Shown piece by piece: positions 13,780-27,459 of a stretch of 64,000 bases of DNA. Position 1 is the first letter of the stretch. Every line of letters starts with the position of its first letter. Both the position numbers and the translations under genes were made by a program. Location of the stretch: positions 64,678,048 through 64,742,047 of the forward strand of contig JAUZTB010000001.1 in assembly GCA_034780895.1 (NCBI GenBank). The letters run 5' to 3'. The notes beneath the pieces were generated by a model, which worked only from the letters and a program-made list of their open reading frames with translations, was not told the DNA's origin and searched no databases. The DNA comes from Rhynchobatus australiae (Eukaryota).

Positions 13780-14210
13780 TCCTCTTGTATTAAAAACCAA
13801 GGTACTAGCTGCCTTTTCAATTGCTTACTGTACCTGCATTGTTCAGTTTCAGTAATTTGTGTACTTGGATATTTGGGTCCCTCAGAACACCAGCATTTTT
13901 CAGTCTCACCGTTTAAAAAAAATACTGTGCATTTTTATTTTTTTCTACCAAAGTGAATGAACTTGTGCTTTCCCATATTACATGCTGTCTGCCATATCCT
14001 TCCTCATTCACTTGCCCCCTGAAGCACCTCTCCAACCTCAGGCAACAATGGCACCCAGTTTAGTAAAATCAACATAGATATTTTACAGTCAATCCTCTCA
14101 TCCAACTCATTGACATAGATTGTGAACAGCTGTGGCCCCAACACCAATCCCTCTGGCCCTCTCCTACTCGCAACCTCCCAAACCAAAAATGACACCTTTT
14201 TTCCAGCAAG
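13780..14210 (-). mobile_element. CR1-type LINE RT fragment
   Basis: GPEGLVLGPQLFTIYVNELDERIDCKIS (cf. GVPQGSVLGPQLFTIYINDLDEG.ECKISKF). Confidence 0.85.
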
Positions 14211-14221
14211 TTTTCTTTCAG

Positions 14222-14620
14222 TCTGGGCTCAGTTGATAGAACTCATACTTGTGTACCAGAAAGNNNNNNNNNNNNNNNNNNNNNNNNNNNNNNNNNNNNN
14301 NNNNNNNNNNNNNNNNNNNNNNNNNNNNNNNNNNNNNNNNNNNNNNNNNNNNNNNNNNNNNNNAGAACTCATACTTGTGTACCAGAAAGTTGTTGGTTCA
14401 TGTCCCATTCCAGGAATTGAAACACAAAATTTTATCTAAGTGTTCAGGGCAGAATTGAAGAATTCAAGGAATGTTTCATTGTTGGAGGTTATGTCTTTCA
14501 GATGAGATGCCAAATTAGGGGTTTGTCTCTCCTTACAGGTGGATGTAGATGTTTCTTGCATTAAAATAGTGACTATGTTTCAAAAGTACTTCATAGTCTG
14601 CAAAGCCATTTTATTTTTCT
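14222..14620 (+). mobile_element. Deu-domain SINE (SacSINE1-like), spanning a gap
   Basis: tRNA-like head (ggctcagttgatag...ggttcatgtccc) and core attgttggaggttatgtctttcagatgagatg...caggtggatgta. Confidence 0.65.
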
Positions 14621-17600
14621 TAACTTGCATACCATTTCCAGAAGTAAATGAACTGAAGTCATTCTCTTTTGCTCATTATCTTATTGTGTTAACATTACTT
14701 GCTCTATAATTCCATTGTAGTAAATCATTTAAGTAACTGAGTAAGTATATGCCTATTTTTACTCTCATCATTTCAAAAAGTGAAGAGTCTGTGCACCCTA
14801 CTTACTCAACAGCCTCCTCAGTTCATTTGCAGGGAGAAATGGAGAAGCAAAAGTTCAGGTTAGATACTGTTCAGCATGGTATTTGTACAAGAAAAGTTGA
14901 AACTGCCAGATAATTTAGCCCTTTAAATTATCTTAGCAGTCTTTTCTGCATCAATAGAAACTTTCTTATTCTGTGGTGAGTACTTTACATGTCATGAAAT
15001 CCATTTATAGAAGAACTAAAACCTACCCAGCCCTGGAATATCTACTTCTTTGTTTGGATTTTTGTTGAGGGAAAACAAAATTGTTAGCAATATTGCAGTA
15101 AAAATGTAACGGTACCTGTTACATTTGTATTTCAAGGGACTTTTAGTATTTCTACCAGACTAACGTAATCTTCAGAAATACGAAATTACAAAATGTGCAT
15201 TATTTTTAATAAGTTTACCTCTGTTATACTGGCTTTTATAGAAAACACTGCCCACTTCTCCAGTTCCAGTCAGTGAAGAAGCAACCTCAATATTGAATCC
15301 TGTTGAAATTATATTTGGGTTCAGGTTTACCAAGAATTATATTGTAGACAAAGTTCTTTTCTGTCCCTCCCCTCCCCCCACCCCACTCCCCATTCACTTG
15401 CAATTTTGGAACTGCTGGCAGCTGTAACATCAGTTAGTTCACTTCAAAGCAATGGTAATTTTTTTGGTGGTGATTGTTCCACTAGAAGAATTAGAAAAGC
15501 CATACTTGGCTAAGGTTTGAGCACTTGTATTTACTGTATGCTGTTTGGTGAAACAGCCTATATGCAAATCCCCTCTTTTCCCCTACCCCCTTCCTACTCG
15601 CATGCCTTCATAGGGGACCTCAATATGTGAGTTTTTTTGAATGGTATTGTAGCAATGTAAATAGGGAGGCAGTTTCTGCAACATGCAGTGTTCAAGCTGG
15701 CATTGCATGCCAATTTCCTCTAGTCATTCTGCAGTGGGATAGTGAAATTTTCTGAGAGCTTAAAATAATTTGACATCGATGGTGCTATACCTATTGATCT
15801 TGAATTATTAGCCTTTATATATCCCTCCAGTCCAAACCTTTTTATTGTGTTCTTGTGGCTACTTTGGGAAGCATGAAAGAATGGACAGTTGGGGACTAGC
15901 GTTGCTATGTATTAAATCAGAGTAGTATTTTGTTAATGTTACTCTTCAGGATTTTTCTTAATATGTAGATTTTATGATTTAAATTGCATGATAGCTGTTC
16001 AATTTGTGTTTAGTGCAGATTTTAGTGGTACAATATTTCAATTAAGTAATACTGATTAGATGCATCAACAAAAATGAATGAAAGCACCCCAATTGTAAGC
16101 AGAAAAATTAGAGGCTTTTTGTATAGGTCACCACTGTTTAAGAACAACAAAGCTTCTACCATTGAAAGTAACTGAAATTCAAAGGAAGCTGAAACTGCTT
16201 GAGTGGGCTGGCACTAAGAAGCCTGTAATTTGTGTAGCTGCTTTGTTGAGCTTAGCATTAAATGTTCTGATTCTTGAGATGAAGAGGTGATCTTTGTCAT
16301 CTGCCCACACACGCTTCCTGTNNNNNNNNNNTTGAACAGCAGACCAATCACTCCCGCTCTGACTGCACATTCATTGTCTAGCACCCACGCACAATCAAAT
16401 GGAATATTCTTACAACTTGTCATTAAAACCTGAATGCATACTGAACCAAAGGGCCATGTAATTGACTAGTAATTCACTATGGGAAACGAGAGGTTTCCTG
16501 AGCAAGCACTTGCGAGAAAGTGCACACAATGTCTTAAGGCCCAGAAATATAACTGTTTTCAATTTGTTGTTCAGATAATGATGTAAAGGGGTGATAATTA
16601 TACAAAAACACTTTTAATTATGCTCACTTTTATAGAAGTGATTGTTTAGAACTAGAGTTATTGGTTGATTTTAAAATGAGGTGGTTGGTCATCCCTGACT
16701 TTTAAGCTTTTTTTGCTAACAGGTCTTGTACAGAATTTAATAATCTATAAATTTAATTGTTTATGCACAAATTGTAGGTTTCCATTCATTTCCAGTACAT
16801 TTGTATTAAAGGTCAAAATAGTGCTGTTTAATTTGAAGTATAAGTTTTTGACTTTTTAAAATGTGAAGAAGTTATAGGTTTCTTAAAGCTGCAAAATTCA
16901 TTTGTTTTTATGATTAAACTTCAATTTGAATTTGTTTGATAATGAATTTAATATTACCATTTGAATGCAAGTCAATATTCTGTTATTAGAGGAATGCCAT
17001 TTAAATGAATTTCATTCCATTTCTGTACTTAACACAGAATATCACATAGGTACATGAATGTAATACTTATGAAGGTATTGGATATAAATGACNNNNNNNN
17101 NNNNNNNNNNNNNNNNNNNNNNNNNNNNNNNNNNNNNNNNNNNNNNNNNNNNNNNNNNNNNNNNNNNNNNNNNNNNNNNNNNNNNNNNNNNNAAGGTTAG
17201 AGCATTGAAATGGAACACAGCAAACATAGATATTCCTTTTGTAAATTACATTTTTGAGTGATGTCAGTATTTCTCCAGAAATGAACTCTCCCCCTTTTCT
17301 GATGAGGGTGTTGCAGGATCCTTCACCATTTGAACACAGGATGTTGATTTTCTTTGTGGCCCAGCATGGAATGGCTTACAGTTCAGGTGTCACACCTAGC
17401 ACAGCTCCATATTCATTTAATCATATCTGTCAGATAGTGGAGAAGAAAAATATTATAGTTTTAAGTAAAGCATTTCAGTGATTTGCTTTTGTAGTACCTA
17501 ATGAACCATGATGACAATGCAAATGGATTCTGACTTTAATTTAGAAAGAGAAGAATGGTCATTTTCATAATTTCCTTGTTGAGCAATTTTTTGAAAGAAG

Positions 17601-18079
17601 CTAAAAGCCACTTAAAACTGGTCCATTTAAAGTTGTTAACCTTTGGATTCTCGAGATAGATGAGTACATTTAAAAAAACTGTTCTAGATTATGTCAGCTG
17701 AGTTGTGTCAAACTAACTTAAGCTGTTGTGATATGTTATGCAATTACTGATCATCCTGCATGTAAATTAAATTTACTTGCCTTACTAGGAAGTGTGGGTT
17801 CTTTTCTGTTTGGAGTAAGCTGTCTACAATTGCAGATGGACTAACTTAACTTTTCTATTCTAATATGTTACTAAGGAAAATTTACTTAATGTATCCAAAT
17901 TACATACACAGATATGTAGTTAGCATGACTGAAAAATTAATTTATAACATTTTGTGCTATTCTTGGACAGCTCATTTAACCAAGTCTCAGATGTAATTTG
18001 TGTGACTCAAGTGATTGTTGCATCTTGCACAGTATTCTTAGTAACATTTTGCTATATATAACAATGAGTTCTGATTCTA

Positions 18080-19380
18080 ACCCACTTCCACACCAGACCA
18101 CCTCTAATTCTTCTAAACTCCAGTGAATGTAGGCTCAATCTGCCCGCTCTTTCCTCACAAGGTAACCCCTCTTACCTAGAATTGACCTAAATATCCTTCC
18201 CTGCACTGACTCCAATAAATAGACCAAAACTGCATGTAGTACATGTGTTGGGGTCTCACCAAGTTCTTATACAGTCCTGATTTGACCTCCCTGTTTTTGT
18301 ACTCCATCCTATTCACCTTCTAATTACTTTATACACATGCAAGCTAACTTGGTGTTTCTTCTGTGATAACAAGAGTCTAGCATCTTTTCTGTTCTTCCAA
18401 AGTGTATAACCTCATATTCCTTCATAATCTACCTGCCTTAGTTTGTCCACTCCTTTAAACTGTTTATGGTAAAACTCTGATAATCCAGCAGGTTGACAGA
18501 TTTTCCTAACTATTGGATATTATTCCTACTAATGCCCCAGCACATTTTTCATTCACTTTCTTCAGATGTTACACAGTAATATTATAAATTTTCCAGTAAA
18601 CCCAGTAAGTATAAAGGCAGTGCAGGAAATGGGGCCCCTGTGAGTTGGAATGGAGCATTGCAAGTATACCTGATTCATCAGATGGTGAACAGCCAGGATT
18701 TCTGAGTGATCAGATGGTGGATTATCGAAGTTTTACTGTGTAATTTTTATGCAGTCTCTTTGTATCCTTCTCACACATTCCACATCCACTTATTTTTATA
18801 TAAGCTGGCCCCTTCATTTAAATCATTAATATGGATTGTAACCAGCAAAAGCTCTAACACCCATCCTTTTGGCGTCCCACTAGTTATAATTTGCCAACTG
18901 AAAATTACCCCTTTATGACCCTATATTATAAGTCCTTGCCTTCTGAAGTAACCTTCTATGAGGTGCTTTTTTCCAGAAGCTTTTAGAAATACAAATACTG
19001 TGTATATCGATTGGTTTGCCATTGTTTACCTTGTCTATTAAATCCTCAATAAAACTATGAAATACATCAAATATGATGTTCGTTTCATAAAACTATGTTG
19101 GTTGTGCCTCAGATTGTCTAAACATCCTATTACCTCGTCCTTAATAATAGTCTGGTTTCTANNNNNNNNNNNNNNNNNNNNNTCCTGGCTTGATGAGTAG
19201 AGTTAAATTCGTGGTTTTCTAATCTGCTTGGAGCTTTCCAGAATTTAGGGAACTTTGAAAGATCACTACTGATACTTCCACTATCTCTGCAACCTCCTTT
19301 AAAATCCTAAAAGCAGAGCATCAGGCCCAGTGAACTATTTAGCCTTCAGCCCCTTTATTTGGCCTAATTTTTTTCAGTAA
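18080..19380 (-). mobile_element. Decayed CR1-type LINE carrying a nested MITE
   Basis: Reverse-strand CR1 hallmarks (ttctaaactccagtgaa, gaccaaaactgcatgtagtac, tcattaatatggattgtaacc...cccactagtta). Confidence 0.7.
18467..18738. mobile_element. Tc1/mariner (Tigger/pogo-like) MITE
   Basis: Imperfect ~24-bp TIRs: tggtaaaactctgataatccagca versus reverse complement cagtaaaacttcgataatccacca; TA on the left, TG(TA) on the right. Confidence 0.7.
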
Positions 19381-20854
19381 TTATTCTTCCTTTTTGTCCT
19401 CTGATGTTCTGCAACATTACAGAATATATACTGTATATCCGGTTTATTTTCTCACCACATTTTCCTCCACCCAATCCTCTCTTTTAAAGGCATTACCTTT
19501 TTGTTACATGCAGTTTTGAGGGTACCAGGTGCCCTCTGGTGCCTTACTGAAGTAGCAAATAATTAATTGAGAATCTTGACCTGTCCTACAAATTTGGAAC
19601 TATGGACAAGTAAGTTACTTTTTTTAAACAATTATATAGTGAAAATATCCATATAAATGTTACAAATCATTTGGACCTGTGATTATAAAGAGCTCGGAAG
19701 CAGCAGACTGCAGAAAATATGCTTTTTTTTTTACAGTTTTGTTAATCAATTTTAACTAAATAGTTGATATTGATGCATCAAAGTCATGCACAGAGAAAAG
19801 ACTTACCAATAACTTAATAGTAGTCAGAAAATCTATTTCAAAGCCAAGGACAACAGAATAAATTGAAACTGGGATTTTGAATTAGCATTAGCAACAGGAA
19901 TTACTAGTTAACAATTTATTATAAATAACAGCCTAATTTTTAAGAAAAAATGTAATATAGTGATTCACTTCTAACTTTTATAGGCTCTGCAAAATATATC
20001 TGATCTTAATGTTAAATGTATAAATATTAAATAAAAAATAATCTTCACAAGATAGAAGAAAGAATCATGAGGAATTTTGAAAATACCCTCATGCACTTGT
20101 AATGATGAAGCATGGATNNNNNNNNNNNNNNNNNNNNNNNNNNNNNNNNNNNNNNNNNNNNNNNNNNNNNNNNNNNNNNNNNNNNNNNNNNNNNNNNNNN
20201 NNNNNNNNNNNNNNNNNTGAGGAATTTGGAAAATACCCTCATGCACTTGTAAGGATGAAGCATGGATTTGTAATCAGTGGGCTGCTTGCCTTTCTTTGTT
20301 CTTGCTGAGGCAATGTAAATTATATAGCTGATTATTTATTAGCATTTAATTCCCAACACTAATCTGACAAAATTTTCATTAACATAGTAGTTGGAACTTA
20401 CTTAATGGTTTATTAAATATTCATGTAGTACTGAGTCATAAAGGCCAGGAGAGCACTGAGAAGTGCTGAATTTAATACTACATCAGGTCCTAAACACCTT
20501 AGTTTATGCTTCCCATTCATGATTGCTATCCAGTGACAGGAAGTGAGCATTGGGTGCGATTGGAATTAGGTCCACAGAAGTGCAGTGTTTTGCCCCAATG
20601 ACAAGTAAACAGCCAATATTTCCATCAGTTATCGGTCTGTGGCTGTTTGTGTAAGATGAGGCAGCAGGTTAGTGAAATCATAACCCCGCAAAGAGGAAAA
20701 TTGAGACCCTTTCACAGATGATATTTCCTGATAAAAATTGAACAAGTCCTAAAGAAGTGTGCTTTACCCTGGCTCCACAGTGAATTATACTTTTTTTTAA
20801 AAAAGGCTCAGGCATATATTCACAAAATGTAATTTTTGCTGTTTCATTTAACAG

Positions 20855-20986
20855 CATCTGAGCCAAACTTAAAGGTACGGTCCAGACTAAAACAGAAAGT
20901 GGCAGAGAGAAGAAGTAGTCCTTTACTACGGAGAAAAGATGGCAGCGCCATAACCACACTTAAAAAAAGACCCATGGATGTTCCAG
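20855..20986 (+). CDS. HDAC4: HDAC4 exon: 14-3-3 site (S246-equivalent) and NLS ([44 protein letters not shown])
   Basis: Acceptor tttcatttaacag|, donor |gtatgt; 132 nt, phase 1-1. Near-identical to the class IIa HDAC NLS region. Confidence 0.97.
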
Positions 20987-22429
20987 GTATGTCAACAATA
21001 AGTAAAAAGTGGCTGTCAGTGAAGGGCATTCTTTAGTGTTTTTTTTGTCTAGCTATCAATGCCAATTCCTTTTTTTTTCCCTGTTGAGTTGATATAAACC
21101 TTTGTGATTCTATTTGAGAAAGCTTTAAAAAACTTGTGTAAAATGAATATTATTGTGGTTATCAGAATAAGATGCTTATGAGTGTCTGGCCATAGTTAGC
21201 CTCCATTGTTTGGAATAACAGTAATTAGATTATTTCAGTATATCATAATTTTAGTGTTGAGCTTTAATCATAACCCATTGCACTGAATGATTAAGATTTT
21301 AAGACCTCTTGAAATAATGCAACCAACTCACTTGAATATATTCTTCCAATTCTTTGATCCATAGCTTGAGATGGTTGTTTTAGAAGTCAGAGTTTTACTT
21401 ATTATAAAGTTCATTCTTCTTCTGTGCTGCTTTTAGACCAGAGGTTTCCAAGCAGATTAAAGCTGCAAACCACAGGCTGAAATTGTTGTCGGCACTTCTG
21501 TGCATGTGACTTGCCAGCACACGGATAGGCATATATGCATGATGACATCAAATGATATGAAATGCTTGCAGGTCCTCACTTGTGCATAATTGTAACCACA
21601 TATACCATGCCCACAAAAATGCAGGTCTGAGCTAGAGGCCTGTTTCAGTGTTAGCTAGAGGGCTCTACTTTACCTGAGCCACTAGCAGAGAACAAGAAGT
21701 ATTCATTTTCCTGCTGGTAAGCACTTTATTTAAAAAAATACATTGTGGCTGATTGNNNNNNNNNNAAGCACCCCGCCCCCCCCCCACCCACGCCATTCTA
21801 CCCCAAAATATGACAATCTGACTTGTTCTCCTAATATGCTTTTGCCTGATCACCTGTTCCTACTCTTTCCCACCCAACCTTTCACCAACTCCCCCAATCC
21901 TCTTTCCATCAACATCCACCTCTGGTCTTTTACCCAGCTCTCTTCCTCCACAATTTCCACTCCCTGCAATGACAGGGCTTATAGGGGAATGGCCAGTTCT
22001 GTTGTGCTTGTCATATTGAATCATATGTGCAGTAGAGTTTTCCTTTTCAATGGATAAATCAAGGATTGTTGCTTGCCTTGGTTTGGACAGCTGGAGTTTT
22101 AAGCCCTGAAGGGATTCTTATTGTATTCCAGATTAGTCTGACCAGACACTGAATCTGATCACTGAGAACTTTTGGTTATGAGTAAGAAGGCTTTGAATGC
22201 TTTTTTTTCTACACTACTTGTTCGGCTGCGTTAATGCCTATTGTCTAAAGTTGAATCAAACTACCTGAATATTGATAGAACACAGTAATATCTTGAGCTT
22301 TATTTTGGTCATTGTCCCGTTCAAAATGATACAAGTGATTTGTCACATTATGAGGAAATAGCTGGGGTGTGCTTTGTGATGAATAATTCCTTTTTTTTGT
22401 TCTCCTGTGCGCTCTAATTTGATGAGAGA

Positions 22430-22818
22430 AAGAACTTGCACTTAGTCTTTCTTGACCTTAGTGTCAACCGAAGCATTTTAAAACAATGGAAGTATTTTTG
22501 AATCTAGTCAGTCTTGTAGTGGAGGAAGTATGAAGGTCTCACAAAGACTAGTGTGATATGGTGAGAGAAATTTTGGGGTTGAAGGTTATGTTGGTTGAGG
22601 AATTGGCAGGACAAGGGAGAAATTCCCTGCAAAGCAGTGCTGTGTGATCTTTTGTATCCAACTAAAAGGGTAATTAATGCCTCATCAAAAAGGCAGCTCT
22701 TTTAACAATGCAGCACTCCTTCATTAGTGCACTAAAGTGTCAGGCCAGCTTCCGTTTAAGTCTCTGGAACGAACATATCTTCTGACTGAAAGGCAGGTGT
22801 ACTGCCACTGAGCCACAA
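22430..22818 (-). mobile_element. Deu-domain SINE (SacSINE1-like), near full length
   Basis: Plus strand shows gatcttttgtatcca...ctcatcaaaaaggcagc...aatgcagcactccttcattagtgcact...cactgagccaca, the reverse of head plus Deu core. Confidence 0.75.
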
Positions 22819-24759
22819 TTAGCATAGCTATTATAAGGCCTGTGTCTCTGATTTTCAAGTTTTTATGTGGAAATTTATATGATTGTTGCAGTGTCTGACT
22901 GCACAATGACTGAGAAGACAGAGCCCATATTCAAAATGTGTTAGTAAAAGTTTCTTAAAAACATAAAATGCTTACATAAATGCAAGTTCTTTTTTTTTCC
23001 TGATGATTACAAATTGAATGGTGTTCATCATGCTGTGCACCAACTGCAATCCATGCTTGGTATTAGTGATGTAAACACACTTCATTTCAATCCAACAATC
23101 GTGCATTTTTTAAATCCTAGAACGAAAGCAGTTATATTGCAAAAATGGGTGTGGGCATAAGACAAAATATTCCATTATAGTAAACATGCATTACTTTTTG
23201 CAGTGTTTAATATCTAGCCAAAAAAAGGGCAAGTGAAAAAAAAAATCATCTTCTGAACTTAATTTGAGAAGGTCTTATTGTATTTGGATAGAGTTGCCTT
23301 GGTGCTTATTTTCCTCCTCCTCTCTTTAACTGAAAATATTGTTCTGTGTGTAATGTTTGGTCTTGTCCCAGCACAGTGCATTTGGAAATTAATTTTACAC
23401 TCCATTTTAATAAGGGAGGGATACTTTATTTCAATCAAGTAATCACTTCATCTTTTTGAATGCATTTGCAGTAAAACAAAATCATTAACACCTTTTTCCT
23501 CTTAACCTGCAATCTTCAAGCAAAAATACCTTAATGCCATCTTTAGTTAAGTTTACAACAAAATTTTAGTTTATTTTCTGTATTGTCACCATTGTCTTTG
23601 TCAATCTTTTCCCTTCTCTAGAGATTCAAAGTGTTAGCTTGGAGGTCTAGTGAAAGCACTTCATGCACAAGTCCAAATATCCCCAAGTACCATTACAACA
23701 AGAAATTTATGCCATAGCTTGCAAATGTGATTATTTGATGGTGCCCTATCCATCTAACTCTGTGGTAACAGCACCTTCTGAGATTGGGATTGTATTGAGC
23801 CTTAGTGATTTATGTTATTTAAACAGAAATGTGTATCAACATTCAAATATCACTATTTTAATACATGTAACAGAATATGATTCATTCATTCTATTGTAAT
23901 TGTAAAGGAACATGAAATTGAAATGAAGATGAAATATCTTTTATTGCTTCTTGATGTTCTTTGTATTTGAATTTGTAAACCCTGTCATATTGTCCTGTAA
24001 CAAAAACTGTGATTAGTTTCAAATGAAAATAAGCTCCTTGAGGGGGAAAAAAATTAATATTGCTCCTGCAGTCATGATAGTTGAGATCAGGTTACTAAAA
24101 GCTATGAAGGCTTTCATATCAAAGGTAACTGTTGAAAAGTATGAAGCAAGGGAAATAAAAACTACTGCCAGTGTACATTTCATTAAACATTGTTTTACTG
24201 TTTGTAATTTTCAAAAAAAACATGATCAAAATTGGAAAATAAGCACTAGTAATTGGCATGGACATGGTGACCAAAGGGCCTGTTTCTGTCCTGTGTGACT
24301 ATAATTCTATGGCTATAAGCTGTCCTTTTGGATTTTTGTAAAAACTCGAGCATAAAGTTTTATATATCAACTATGAATGTAATGTAGTTGATTCTTATAT
24401 CTTATTGGTGTGTTTTACACTCTGCATCTTGTAGTTTTAGTTACCTACAGAGAGAGAAGGTGGGGTGGGGATGGGAAGAGGGGCTTGTGGAAATGTGATG
24501 CGCCATGTACGCTTCAAGAAATGAAAGTGTGTTTAAGTACAAAAAGTTGAAGTACAATGATATGGTATAACAGAAGTTACACAGAAAAAATGTTACACAG
24601 TTAGGGAAGCTATAGAAACATTGATATTAGATTAATGTACTTTGTTTTAGAATTTTTTTTAAAAAGGTGGTTGCACATTAAAATGATGGTGGATTGTATA
24701 TTGTTGTTCCATTTAAATCCTGTGAGCAGGTTAGCAAGAGCCTAAAGAAAGCAAACCAA

Positions 24760-25230
24760 ACACACCGTGCTTTGAAATTGAAAGGTAGAAGAAATGGGCC
24801 ACAGTGCTATACCTGTATTGTACTTTGGTAAGACCATACAAGGGTGTATGTATCAGGAAAATGAACTTGGACAAGTCTCTCTTCAGAATAAAGGCCAGAT
24901 GGTGACTAAGTGGGATCTTTAAAATCATAGTTAGTGATAAAGTGGATACAGAGAGAATGAGAGAGAGGCATCAATGTAAGATGGTCACCAAGTACTCCTA
25001 TAGAGAATTCAGAAGAAACTTCTCTGTGAAAGAGTGGTGAGAATGTGGAAGTCACAAGAAATGATTGAAGCAACTAAACATGGATGTGGTTATTAGAAGG
25101 CTGGACAAATGTATCGGAGTGAAAGAAATAGACCAGGTTATGCTGATGGATTTAGATGAGGAAAAATGGAGGAGGCTTATTAAGTAGAGCAAAGATGTTG
25201 GACTGTTTGGGCTGAATGACCTGATTCTAT
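24760..25230 (+). mobile_element. CR1-type LINE 3' end, decayed
   Basis: actttggtaagaccataca; gagaattcagaagaaacttctct...agagtggtgagaatgtggaa; tail tttgggctgaatgacctgattct. Confidence 0.65.
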
Positions 25231-27459
25231 GGCATAATCCTATTGATAAAGGACAGGATTTTGCATTGATTGGTGAATGCTGAGTCTCCCTTATTGCATC
25301 TGGTTTGCACAGGAGAATGTTGAGACCTTGATCTATTTTCACATTGATTTGCACAGGAGGCAGAGGGATACTGTTTAATGTTTTGTTACTGACTACAGTG
25401 CACATTGTCACAGAGCCATAGAATTGTACAACATAGGAGATGGTCATTGAGCCCATTGAATCTGTGCCAGCTCCTCATCTTATCCAATGTCCTCTTAAAG
25501 GGCCTGATGGACTGTTGTCACAACAACATTTTGAACATTCTGTGTATTGAAAGTGGCTAACTTCTATTTAAAGTTATGAATACTTTGTAGTAGAAGAACA
25601 AATATAGCTGTAAGATTTGTGTCCTTTGCACATTCTTTAGGCTTCTACACTACACTTTTAGTTTCATATTTCTTGAACAATAATGACTGTCAGACTGAGA
25701 AATCTCTGCTAGGAGTTGGTGGTATTTGTAACTAAACAAAGGCACGCTTTTTCTTCCTAGAACAATACGTGTGGAATGTATAGCAGTCAAGCAGGAAAGG
25801 GTTGGGTTTTAGTAAATAGAAATAATTGAAGTTCAGATGTAAACAGATTGGTTTTACTCTTTGATTTGGAACTGTAGGTCACTTTAAACTCACTCTATTC
25901 AGATATTACTCCTGTGCTGAAATGCATGCCGTAGTTCAGACTAAGATTTAGCAAAATGTTTAATGTTACTTAGGAAATTCAACTGTTACAGCCTTTTTTG
26001 AAAACTGCTTCCCACTTGGTTACTGTTTTATGACATATGCATTGCCTAGAATATGCATAGGCAATAAGGCATAACATATGCATTGCCTAGCTTTCTTTCA
26101 AACTTCCAATAAAGATTAATCCATTTTCCTTTAAAGACTGAAGGCAGCTCAAATTTCTCCTAGTCTATTTTCAGAAAGATCAAGCAGATTGTGAGCACCA
26201 ATATTACATGAATCTGAAACCCTAGCTTGTAAGACAATTTTGGGTGATATGACATCTACATACATATACAGTGTTATCCTACCTTGATTACGTGAGTGGA
26301 ATGCATTGCATCTAATTCTTGAGCACTTCACAAGAGGAGCTGGTGTCATTTTTGGTTAAGTGAAGTTTTGCCCAAGGATGTAGCAAGGCTAGAGGCAACC
26401 CACCTTTCGTCCCTGGTGGTGGTGGTGAATCCATTAGAGGAGAAGACTAGTGTTAATGGCATTCTGATACGGATGGAATACATTGTTTGATCCATTTCAC
26501 ACTGAATGCAATTGATACTAATAATTACTTCTCATGGTGTGTTTTCCATAATAAGGGAGGATTAATTTGTCTTTAATCTCCAGTGCTTAATATATCATGC
26601 ATACATTTGCTTCCATTTGATTTCGGTAGAACAAAATGTATGGAATATAGTCAGCAGCCAATATACTTGAATGCTGGCAACCAAAGGTGTATTTTTCTAA
26701 TTAAACAAAGTAACTGGCATAATAGGCAATTAAAATGTAAATCCCCTAAATTGTGATTATGCTTCCTCACTATAAATAGGCTGTTTAACAATCAATAAAG
26801 AAGCAACAAATTTGTTTCTCATAATTGTAAAACACCTCATGCCCATTATTGCAAAAATTATGTAGGAACTCTAACTAAATTGGTCAAATGGGAAATCCAC
26901 AATACAAGGTAATACACCAGTTTTATGCATTTTCCATTGGCTTCAAGGTAAGTAAAATGGGGAGTGTTTAAAATCAACATGACATCTAATTCCATTGAAT
27001 TGAACAGATCAGTTAAGTTAAAATTCCTTCATATATATCAGTTACGAGGTGTTTTCTGATTAAAGTTGGTTTTGTAAAATAGTTTCTATGATTGCTTCTG
27101 TATGCCTATATAAAGGAAAAGTACACAGGCTGAGAACTTTTTGTAAACAGGATTGCCCAAAAAAAAAGATTTATTTAACAAGAATGTGAAAGTTCTTAAC
27201 CAAGACAGAGCATATAAATGCTGCTGGACATTTTGAAAACTTGTTTGTTTTGAGGAAGATTTTCCACCGGTCTGTGGAAAAATGATGCATTATTTTGTAC
27301 TTTTAAGCCAAATGAATGCAAACATAAATTCATGCTTGATTATATTCATGTAAGATTAAGACAACACAATGATTTGTATTGAGCCTGATCTTACTAAGTA
27401 ATTGTTCAATTCACTACTTCCAAGTCTACAACGTAGGAAAGATGAGAATATCCAGTGTG

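Noticed and set aside
20855-20986. [10 protein letters not shown] (V, as in HDAC5/HDAC9) suggesting a different paralog
   Set aside because: Other exons carry HDAC4-type sequence ([46 protein letters not shown]); the V is more simply ancestral.
26770-26779. MEF2 consensus CTATAAATAG (possible feedback site)
   Set aside because: A few such AT-rich 10-mers are expected by chance in 64 kb of this composition; no supporting context.
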